22,833 bases of DNA, taken from sequence record SRR31156797_535, one strand, 5' to 3'. Each line of letters opens with the position of its first letter. Position 1 is the stretch's first letter. The notes below the pieces were generated by a model, which worked only from the letters and a program-made list of their open reading frames with translations, had not been told where the DNA came from and searched no databases. A program made the translations under genes and the position numbers. Below, piece by piece: positions 15,595-22,833 of this stretch.

Positions 15595-16419
15595 ATGGAA
15601 GAACTAAAAGGCTTAATCGGAAGCTCAAACTCATGCCTTTTCCTCACAAGCGCAGGGATGAGTGCGGATTCAGGTATACCTACATTCAGAGACAGAGAGG
15701 GCTACTGGCGTAATTTCCCAATCTTTAAAGAGAAAGGGCTCCAGCCACAGGAGCTTGCATCACCACACTCTTTCAGAACTCAGGCGCACCATAGCTGGGC
15801 ATTTTACGAATGGCGCAGGCGCAACGCCAGAGAGAACACACCTCACCACGGATACGAAATTATCAACGATATGATAGAAAACTACTTTGAGCACGGATTC
15901 GTACATACGACAAACACAGACGGCTACCACCTCATCTCCGGTCTGGATAAAAGCAAGATTATGGAAGTCCACGGTTCCATGTGGCGGCTCCAATGCATGA
16001 ACGGTATGAGCTGTAGATATATGTATGAGGACAACGAAGAGGTTCCGCTCTGCGAACTCGACTATGAGAACATGTCCGCATCAGATATGCCATACTGCCC
16101 GGAGTGCTCATCACTTCTGCGACCTAACATATTAATGTTCGGCGACTGGGAATATGTCGATCATATGCATCATTACCATAACTATCAGGCATTCGTTCAG
16201 GACGTAAATGCCCCGGATATGATTTTCCTCATCGGCTCAAGCTCAGAGATACCTACCAACGACTACATAGCAAAATCTTTTCAGTCTCAAGGCTCAAAGG
16301 TAGTAACGATTAACCCTGACGAAGCCTCAACAAGAGTGTGCAGACCTGATATATTCCTTCAACAGGGTGCACTTGCGGCATTTGAGCTTATTGAGGATGT
16401 TCTCGGTTCTGTAAGGTAA
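15595..16419 (+). CDS. Sir2-family NAD-dependent protein deacylase (sirtuin)
   Basis: Motifs SAGMSADSGIPTFRD, TTNTDGYH, EVHGS, Zn ligands CMNGMSC and CPEC, LRPNILMFGD, IGSS, INP. Confidence 0.92.
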   Translation: MEELKGLIGSSNSCLFLTSAGMSADSGIPTFRDREGYWRNFPIFKEKGLQPQELASPHSFRTQAHHSWAFYEWRRRNARENTPHHGYEIINDMIENYFEHGFVHTTNTDGYHLISGLDKSKIMEVHGSMWRLQCMNGMSCRYMYEDNEEVPLCELDYENMSASDMPYCPECSSLLRPNILMFGDWEYVDHMHHYHNYQAFVQDVNAPDMIFLIGSSSEIPTNDYIAKSFQSQGSKVVTINPDEASTRVCRPDIFLQQGALAAFELIEDVLGSVR

Positions 16420-16449
16420 TCATACCTAATACAATCATCAAAAAAACCC

Positions 16450-16478
16450 TTGACACCAGTACCATGACTTCCTATTCT
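16450..16478 (+). promoter_or_regulatory. Sigma70/SigA promoter of the hrcA operon
   Basis: TTGACA-17 nt-TATTCT, preceded by an A tract and immediately upstream of CIRCE. Confidence 0.85.
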
Positions 16479-16486
16479 AGTCACTG

Positions 16487-16513
16487 TTAGCACTCCCCGT
16501 CATCGAGTGCTAA
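16487..16513. promoter_or_regulatory. CIRCE element (HrcA operator)
   Basis: Perfect consensus TTAGCACTC-N9-GAGTGCTAA. Confidence 0.98.
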
Positions 16514-16528
16514 TAACAAGATTTTATC

Positions 16529-16617
16529 GTCATTACGATGGATGTAAGTGACGAAGTAATCTTCCTGCTTAAAAACATAGCAAACATGGAAGATTGCTTC
16601 ACTATGTTCACAATGAC
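16529..16617. repeat. Interspersed palindromic repeat, copy 1 (REP/MITE-like)
   Basis: GTCATTACGA...CGAAGTAATCTTCC...GGAAGATTGCTTC...CACAATGAC: nested inverted repeats, homologous to 18252-18339. Confidence 0.85.
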
Positions 16618-16637
16618 AAATACTGGAGCGGTACAAG

Positions 16638-17678
16638 GTGTCATTCTTAAATGAAAGAGAGGAGATAGTCCTCAAAACAATCATTGAAGAGTTTGTGCAG
16701 AGCAACGAACCTGTTGGTTCACGCCTGATATCCAAGACAGGTCCGCTCAAACTCGGCGCCGCCTCAATACGCAACATTATGAGTGACCTCGAGGACAAAG
16801 GCTTCATAGAGCAGCCGCACACATCCTCCGGTCGTGTACCTTCTGATGAAGGCTACAGATACTACATAGACAAGCTTGTCACCTTTAACTCGGATAAAGA
16901 GACGATAATAAACTCTCTTCAGGAAGAGTGTGACGCTGAAAACATAAACGGTGTACTCAAAAAAGTGAGTGATAACCTCGGCAGGCTCACAAGCTCTGTC
17001 GGTTTTGTACTCTCACCGAAGCTGAACACCATGCTTTTAAAGCATATAGAATTTGTCAGGCTGAGTGCTGCTACAGTTTTAGCTGTGGTAGTAGCGAGAA
17101 CAGGTATCGTACATAACGTTATGATTGATGTTCCACTGACAACAACTGACTCCGACCTCACACAGGTGAGTAACTATCTCAATGTCCACTTTGAGAACAA
17201 GTCGCTCATGGAGGTCAAAAATCACATTGTTGAAGAGATGCAGGACGATAAAAAGGTCATGGATCACCTCTTTAGTAATGTAAGCACTATGGCTGAGGCG
17301 GTTTTCGCCAATACTGATGCTAACTCAGATATTTTCATGAGCAGCACATCAGGCATACTTGATCTGCCTGAGTTCAGCGACGTATCCAAACTGAAAGGAT
17401 TACTAGGTACTTTTGAAGAGAAAAAATTCATCTTTGACGTTTTGGATAAATGCCAGAACGAAGAGGGTGTAAATATATTTGTCGGATCAGAGATAGGCAG
17501 GGAAGAGATTTCGGAGCTAGGGCTTGTTACCAAGACATACTCCAGAGGCGGAAACGTCGTGGGGATGCTCGGCATCATAGGACCTAAGAGAATGAAATAT
17601 TCAGATGTTGTGTCTGTGGTGGATTGTTCTGCTGATATCGTATCCGGCATTATGGGCAAGTTTTTAGAGAGTAAGTGA
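16638..17678 (+). CDS. hrcA: Heat-inducible transcription repressor
   Basis: Motifs EPVGSRLI, ASIRNIMSDLEDKGFIEQPHTSSGRVPSDEGYRYYID, LGIIGPKRMKY. GTG start with GGAG SD; CIRCE upstream. Confidence 0.97.
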   Translation: MSFLNEREEIVLKTIIEEFVQSNEPVGSRLISKTGPLKLGAASIRNIMSDLEDKGFIEQPHTSSGRVPSDEGYRYYIDKLVTFNSDKETIINSLQEECDAENINGVLKKVSDNLGRLTSSVGFVLSPKLNTMLLKHIEFVRLSAATVLAVVVARTGIVHNVMIDVPLTTTDSDLTQVSNYLNVHFENKSLMEVKNHIVEEMQDDKKVMDHLFSNVSTMAEAVFANTDANSDIFMSSTSGILDLPEFSDVSKLKGLLGTFEEKKFIFDVLDKCQNEEGVNIFVGSEIGREEISELGLVTKTYSRGGNVVGMLGIIGPKRMKYSDVVSVVDCSADIVSGIMGKFLESK

Positions 17679-17687
17679 GGAAAATAG

Positions 17688-18242
17688 ATGGAAGAAATTA
17701 AAGACGAACAAACGCCAGATGAAAATGGCACGCAAGAAGAAGAGGCTGACGAGCAAGCTGAAAAAGATCCTATAGAGGTTCTTCAGGAGCAGAATATGCG
17801 TCTCCTTGAGCAGATGAATGAGGCGAAAGATAGTGAGCTTCGTGCTGTTGCTGAGATGGAAAATGTCCGCAAGAGACTGGTTAAGGAATTTGATGACAAG
17901 CTCAAATTTTCTAATCAGAACCTTATCGCAGGTCTTTTCCCTGTGATGGACAATTTTGAAACATCACTCAGCCACATTAATCCGGAAGCTCCGGTTGAAT
18001 CTCTTAAAGAGGGTGTAGAGCTTACACTTAAGCAGATGAGAGAAACCCTTGAGAAATTCGGTCTCGAAGAGATCGAGCTTGAGATAGGCACTGAATTCAA
18101 CCCGCTTTATCATGAGGCACTCATGGTTGAGGCTAATGACGAATACGAAAACAACACGGTTCTTATGGTTCTACAGAAGGGCTACAAGCTCCACGGAAGG
18201 GTCGTTAGACCTGCGAAAGTAAAGGTAAATAAGAAAGGCTAG
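17688..18242 (+). CDS. grpE: Nucleotide exchange factor
   Basis: Motifs LRAVAEMENVRKR, PVMDNFE, FNPLYHEA, QKGYKLHGRVVRPAKVKV. Confidence 0.97.
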   Translation: MEEIKDEQTPDENGTQEEEADEQAEKDPIEVLQEQNMRLLEQMNEAKDSELRAVAEMENVRKRLVKEFDDKLKFSNQNLIAGLFPVMDNFETSLSHINPEAPVESLKEGVELTLKQMRETLEKFGLEEIELEIGTEFNPLYHEALMVEANDEYENNTVLMVLQKGYKLHGRVVRPAKVKVNKKG

Positions 18243-18251
18243 ACATATATA

Positions 18252-18339
18252 GTCATTGCGAGGAATACAATAACGAAGCAATCTTCCATCTTATTTGCGA
18301 AATAGACTTGGAAGACTGCCGCGCTCCGCTCGCAGTGAC
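18252..18339. repeat. Interspersed palindromic repeat, copy 2
   Basis: GTCATTGCGAG...CGAAGCAATCTTCCA...TGGAAGACTGCCGCG...CTCGCAGTGAC. Confidence 0.85.
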
Positions 18340-18385
18340 AGAATAGGAAACTAAAAAAACATATATATTAAGGAGATAGTTTAAA

Positions 18386-20326
18386 ATGGCTACAAAATCT
18401 CAGAAAGTAATCGGTATCGACCTCGGTACAACCAACTCTTGCGTATCAGTTATGGAGGGTGGTAAACCTAAGGTTATCGCAAATGCAGAAGGAACACTCA
18501 CAACACCATCAGTTGTGGCTTTCACTGACGCAGACAAACTCGTTGGACAGCTCGCTAAGCGCCAGTCCATCACTAACCCGGAAAACACAATTTTCTCTAT
18601 CAAAAGACTTATCGGTCGTAAGGTAGATGCTCCTGAAGTTGCAAAAGCTAAAGACATCCTCCCATACGCTATCGTTGCATCAGATAACTCTGACGCATGG
18701 GTAGAGGTTAAGGGCAAAAAATACGCTCCACAGGAAATCTCTGCAATGATCCTTCAGAAGCTTAAGTCTACTGCTGAGGACTACCTCGGTGAGACAGTTA
18801 CAGAAGCTGTTGTAACGGTTCCTGCTTACTTCAACGACGCTCAGCGTCAGGCTACAAAAGACGCTGGTAAGATCGCTGGTCTTAATGTTCAGCGTATTAT
18901 CAACGAGCCGACTGCTGCGGCACTCGCTTACGGTCTTGATAAGAAGAACGATCAGAAGATCGCTGTATACGACCTCGGTGGTGGTACATTCGACGTATCT
19001 ATCCTTGAGCTTGGTGACGGCGTATTCGAAGTAAAATCTACTAACGGTGACACATTCCTCGGTGGTGACGACTTCGACATGAGAGTTGTTGAGTGGCTCA
19101 TCGATGAGTTCAAAAAAGAGAACGGAATGGATCTTAAGAGCGACAAAATGGCTCTTCAGAGACTTAAAGAAGCTGCTGAAAAAGCTAAACACGAGCTTTC
19201 AACTGCTGGTGAGACAGAGATCAACCTCCCATTCATCACAGCTGATGCATCAGGTCCAAAACACCTTGTAGTAAAACTTTCCAGAAGTAAATTCGAGGCA
19301 CTTGTTGGCGACCTCGTGGATAAATCACTTGAGCCTTGTAAAAAAGCTCTTAAAGATGCTGCACTCTCACCTAGCGAAATCAATGAGGTTATCCTCGTTG
19401 GTGGTATGACAAGAATGCCACTCGTTCAGGAAAAGGTAAAAGCTTTCTTCGGAAAAGAGCCGCACAAAGGTATCAACCCAGATGAGGTTGTTGCTGTTGG
19501 TGCTGCTATTCAGGGTGCTGTTCTCGCTGGTGACGTTAAGGATGTACTCCTTCTCGATGTTACTCCGCTCTCTCTCGGTATCGAGACACTCGGCGGCGTA
19601 ATGACTAAGATCATCACAAGAAACACAACAATCCCTGCACGTCAGTCACAGGTTTTCACAACCGCAGCTGACAGCCAGACATCTGTTACTATCTCTGTTC
19701 TTCAGGGTGAGCGTGAAATGTCTTCCGATAACAAATCTATCGGACGTTTCGACCTCGTAGGTATCCCATCAGCGCCAAGAGGAATTCCTCAGATCGAAGT
19801 TTCCTTCGACATCGACGCTAACGGTATCCTCCACGTATCCGCTAAGGATCAGGGAACAGGTAAAGAGCAGTCTATAAGAATCACTCCATCATCCGGTCTC
19901 TCTGATGACGAGATCGATCAGATGGTAAAAGATGCTGAGGTTAACGCTGAGGCTGATAAGCAGAAGAAAGAGCTTGTAGAAGTTAAGAACCAGGCTGATA
20001 CACTCATCTACTCCACAGAGAAATCTCTCGAAGAGCACGGTGATAAAGTTGATGCTGAAACTAAAACTGCAATCGAAACAGGTCTTCAGGAGCTTAAAGA
20101 TGCTAACGCTGGTGAGGATGTAGAAGCTATTAAAGCTGCTATTGAAAAACTCACACAATCTGCACACAAGCTTGCTGAGGAAATCTATAAAGAAGCTCAG
20201 GCACAAAACGCTGCTGACGCTGAAGGTGGCGAACAGCCTACAGCTGATGCTGGCGAAGAGAAACCTGCTGATGACGTTGTTGACGCAGAGTTCGAAGAAG
20301 TATCCGATGAAGACAAGTCCAAGTAG
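18386..20326 (+). CDS. dnaK: Molecular chaperone DnaK (Hsp70)
   Basis: Motifs [56 protein letters not shown]. Confidence 0.99.
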   Translation: MATKSQKVIGIDLGTTNSCVSVMEGGKPKVIANAEGTLTTPSVVAFTDADKLVGQLAKRQSITNPENTIFSIKRLIGRKVDAPEVAKAKDILPYAIVASDNSDAWVEVKGKKYAPQEISAMILQKLKSTAEDYLGETVTEAVVTVPAYFNDAQRQATKDAGKIAGLNVQRIINEPTAAALAYGLDKKNDQKIAVYDLGGGTFDVSILELGDGVFEVKSTNGDTFLGGDDFDMRVVEWLIDEFKKENGMDLKSDKMALQRLKEAAEKAKHELSTAGETEINLPFITADASGPKHLVVKLSRSKFEALVGDLVDKSLEPCKKALKDAALSPSEINEVILVGGMTRMPLVQEKVKAFFGKEPHKGINPDEVVAVGAAIQGAVLAGDVKDVLLLDVTPLSLGIETLGGVMTKIITRNTTIPARQSQVFTTAADSQTSVTISVLQGEREMSSDNKSIGRFDLVGIPSAPRGIPQIEVSFDIDANGILHVSAKDQGTGKEQSIRITPSSGLSDDEIDQMVKDAEVNAEADKQKKELVEVKNQADTLIYSTEKSLEEHGDKVDAETKTAIETGLQELKDANAGEDVEAIKAAIEKLTQSAHKLAEEIYKEAQAQNAADAEGGEQPTADAGEEKPADDVVDAEFEEVSDEDKSK

Positions 20327-20337
20327 GACTTTTATAT

Positions 20338-20369
20338 GGGGCAGCACAGCGATAGTGCTGCCCTTTTTT
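20338..20369 (+). terminator. Rho-independent terminator after dnaK
   Basis: GGGCAGCAC-AGCGATA-GTGCTGCCC followed by TTTTTT. Confidence 0.9.
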
Positions 20370-20440
20370 ATAGCTTGAGTTTTTAAGCTGAATAACTATT
20401 ATAGCTATTCACTTTAAGCATTCAAACGAGGAAAAAATAC

Positions 20441-21562
20441 ATGTCCAAAGATTACTACGAATCACTCGGCGTAAATAAAAACGCCACTGACGCAGAACTT
20501 AAAAAAGCATACCGTAAACTCGCTATGGAATATCATCCCGATAGAAACCCTGGCGACACAGCCGCAGAAGATAAATTCCGTGAAATAAACGAAGCGTATC
20601 AAGTCCTCTCTGACGGAACAAAACGCGCCCAGTATGATCAGTACGGACGTGTTTTCGATGAGAACGGTGGTTTCGGAGGCGGAGGCGGAGCTGGCGGATT
20701 CGGCGGTGATACTATCTTCGAAGAGTTCTTTGGCGATGTTTTTGGCGATTTCTTCGGCACAACAGGAAACACTAAGCGCAAACGCAGACCATCAAAAGGT
20801 CAGAGCTTACAGTACGATCTCGATATAACATTCATGGAAGCAGCTTTCGGCTGTGAGCAGGAAATAGAAGTCCCTATAACTGAAAACTGTAAAAGATGTG
20901 ACGGTTCCGGTGCTGAACCTGGCGCCATGGAAACGTGTCCAACATGCCACGGTTCCGGTACTGTTCAGCGCAGGCAAGGACTTTTCGCTATCAGCACACC
21001 ATGTTCTAACTGCGGCGGTGCAGGTCAGGTTATCAAAGAGGTCTGTACTGAGTGTAAAGGCGAAGGTACACACAGAACCAACAGTAAGATAAACCTCAAG
21101 ATTCCGGCAGGTATCGAAAGCGGAATGACCCTCCGTGTAAACGGTAAAGGTAACGCAGGTATGAACGGCGGCCCAAATGGCGATCTCTATGTTGAAATCA
21201 ACGTAGTAGACCACGACTTCTTCCGCAGAGACGGAAAAGAGATTTATGTTGAGCTTCCTGTATCATTTGTGGATGCTATCATAGGTAAAGAGATAGAAAT
21301 CTCAACTCTCGACGGTAAAGAAAAAATTGAGATAAAAGCTGGTACACAGCCCGGCGATAGAATAGTCCTAAAAGGGAAGGGTCTTCCTGATGTTCAGGGG
21401 TATGGCGTTGGTAATATGAATATCGACATCAAAGTCCTTCTGCCTACTAAGCTTAACGCTGAGCAGAAAGAACTCCTCCAGAAATTTGACGGAGCTACTA
21501 ATGAGGATAACTACTCAAGCCATAAGTCACTCTGGGATAAGCTCACAGGCTTCTTTAGCTAG
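20441..21562 (+). CDS. dnaJ: Molecular chaperone DnaJ
   Basis: J domain with HPD, a G/F-rich region, and four CxxCxGxG repeats. Confidence 0.98.
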   Translation: MSKDYYESLGVNKNATDAELKKAYRKLAMEYHPDRNPGDTAAEDKFREINEAYQVLSDGTKRAQYDQYGRVFDENGGFGGGGGAGGFGGDTIFEEFFGDVFGDFFGTTGNTKRKRRPSKGQSLQYDLDITFMEAAFGCEQEIEVPITENCKRCDGSGAEPGAMETCPTCHGSGTVQRRQGLFAISTPCSNCGGAGQVIKEVCTECKGEGTHRTNSKINLKIPAGIESGMTLRVNGKGNAGMNGGPNGDLYVEINVVDHDFFRRDGKEIYVELPVSFVDAIIGKEIEISTLDGKEKIEIKAGTQPGDRIVLKGKGLPDVQGYGVGNMNIDIKVLLPTKLNAEQKELLQKFDGATNEDNYSSHKSLWDKLTGFFS

Positions 21563-21635
21563 TCGGTTAGCACCGACAGGCATATCACTAAGTGGTCGGT
21601 CAGCATCGACAGGCGTATCACCAAGTGGGTCGGTT
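21562..21635. repeat. Tandem 33-bp hairpin-containing repeat (2 copies plus the start of a third)
   Basis: GTCGGTTAGCACCGACAGGCATATCACTAAGTG (21562-21594) and GTCGGTCAGCATCGACAGGCGTATCACCAAGTG (21595-21627) are 29/33 identical. GTCGGTT recurs at 21629. Confidence 0.9.
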
Positions 21636-21686
21636 GATTAAATGCCTCGCTTTACGGCTCATTTCATTCGCCTGATAGTATGTATC

Positions 21687-21792
21687 GTCATTCTGAGCTG
21701 ACACTGTCAGAGTAAGAATCTCAGTCTACAGTAAATTAATACACCAAGCCTGAGATCATTACGTCAGCCTTAACAGGTCTCCTCATCATGAC
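21687..21792. repeat. Palindromic repeat, divergent relative of copies 1 and 2
   Basis: GTCATTCTGAG...AAGAATCTCAG...CTGAGAT...CTCATCATGAC has the same GTCAT/ATGAC ends and the same AATCT/AGAT inner stem. Confidence 0.65.
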
Positions 21793-21858
21793 ATTACCTT
21801 GTAATTAGCAAGCAATTATAATATAAAACAGTAAGCTATATAAGTATGGAGTACCTTT

Positions 21859-22833
21859 ATGTCTAAAATGTGGTCAGGTAGATTTTCACTGCCTACAGAT
21901 AAATTTGTAGAAGAATTCAATGCATCTGTTCATTTCGATAACAGATTTTATAAATACGACATCAAAGGGAGCATGGCACACGCAAAAATGCTCGCAAAGC
22001 AGGGCGTAATCTCAGAGCAGGACAGAGACGATGTCCTGAAGGGCTTGGAGACTATTCTTCAAGAGATTGAGTCCGGCAAATTTGTGTGGAAAACTGAGGA
22101 CGAAGATATCCACATGGCCATCGAAAAACGCCTCACTGAGCTTGTCGGTGACGCCGGCAAAAGACTCCACACAGCTAGAAGCCGTAACGATCAGGTAGCT
22201 GTAGATTTCAAGATGTACCTCAAAGCTGAAATAATCGAGATTCAGGCACTTCTTGCACAACTGTTGAAAACTTTCGCAGATAAAGCTGAGACCGAGAAAG
22301 AGGCTATGATGCCAGGGTTCACTCACCTTCAGACTGCACAGCCTATACTTTTCGCTCACTGGGCGATGGCTTACTTTCAAATGCTTAAAAGAGATTTTGG
22401 TCGTTTCGCTGACTGCCTTGAGCGTATGGATTTTTGTCCGCTCGGCGCTGGGGCACTCGCCGGAACCACATTCGACATAGACAGACATTTCACAGCCTCA
22501 GAGCTCGGCTTCAAAGCTCCTACAGAGAACAGTCTCGACTCCGTATCGGACAGAGATTTTGCAATAGAATTCCTCTCCGCATGTTCAATCTGTCAGATGC
22601 ACCTTTCAAGATGTTCTGAGGAGTTAATCATCTACTCAGCTTCGGAGTTCAGCTTCATAGAGCTTTCAGACGACTTCTGCACAGGCTCATCAATCATGCC
22701 GCAGAAGAAAAACCCTGACATGCCTGAGCTCATCCGAGGTAAAACCGGACGTATATACGGCAGCCTCATAAGCATGCTCACAACGATGAAGGGCTTACCA
22801 CTCGCTTATAATAAAGATATGCAGGAAGATAAA
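21859..22833 (+). CDS. argH: Argininosuccinate lyase, partial (runs off the right edge)
   Basis: Manual translation MSKMWSGRF...[11 protein letters not shown]...[11 protein letters not shown]...[12 protein letters not shown]...[18 protein letters not shown]. Confidence 0.97.
   Translation, partial: MSKMWSGRFSLPTDKFVEEFNASVHFDNRFYKYDIKGSMAHAKMLAKQGVISEQDRDDVLKGLETILQEIESGKFVWKTEDEDIHMAIEKRLTELVGDAGKRLHTARSRNDQVAVDFKMYLKAEIIEIQALLAQLLKTFADKAETEKEAMMPGFTHLQTAQPILFAHWAMAYFQMLKRDFGRFADCLERMDFCPLGAGALAGTTFDIDRHFTASELGFKAPTENSLDSVSDRDFAIEFLSACSICQMHLSRCSEELIIYSASEFSFIELSDDFCTGSSIMPQKKNPDMPELIRGKTGRIYGSLISMLTTMKGLPLAYNKDMQEDK

Noticed and set aside
16487-16822. 111-aa minus-strand ORF
   Set aside because: It is antisense to hrcA and runs through the palindromic repeat and CIRCE, with no protein-like features.
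18400-20347. Several antisense ORFs within dnaK
   Set aside because: These are shadow frames expected from the strong codon bias of a highly expressed gene.
21562-21635. Possible mini CRISPR array
   Set aside because: The sequences between hairpins are near-identical and only 17-18 nt, so this is a tandem duplication rather than unique spacers. No cas genes are nearby.
22012-22488. 158-aa minus-strand ORF
   Set aside because: It is antisense to argH, which occupies the plus strand but is absent from the track because it lacks a stop in the window.

Overview
Bacterial chromosomal window with moderately low GC. Protein style suggests an anaerobic Gram-negative, possibly Deferribacterota; that is an inference and was not searched. 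From left to right: (1) a tightly coupled minus-strand operon of unknown function, made of two DUF2589-like paralogues, an unannotated small membrane ORF, a Sel1-repeat protein, a 347-aa helical protein and a possible toxin-like ORF that runs off the left edge; (2) pta-ackA with a terminator; (3) an SRPBCC/TIGR01777 fusion and a His-containing polytopic membrane protein; (4) a LuxP-type AI-2 receptor followed by a protein with a LuxQ-like periplasmic domain fused to PAS-PAS-GGDEF-EAL instead of a histidine kinase, then murI; (5) a MocR/GntR regulator divergent from a small DUF2917-like gene with a structured 3' region, then a sirtuin; (6) a CIRCE-controlled hrcA-grpE-dnaK-dnaJ cluster interspersed with palindromic repeats; (7) the 5' part of argH. 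The two strongest candidates for undescribed systems are the LuxP/LuxQ-to-c-di-GMP module and the DUF2589 operon.
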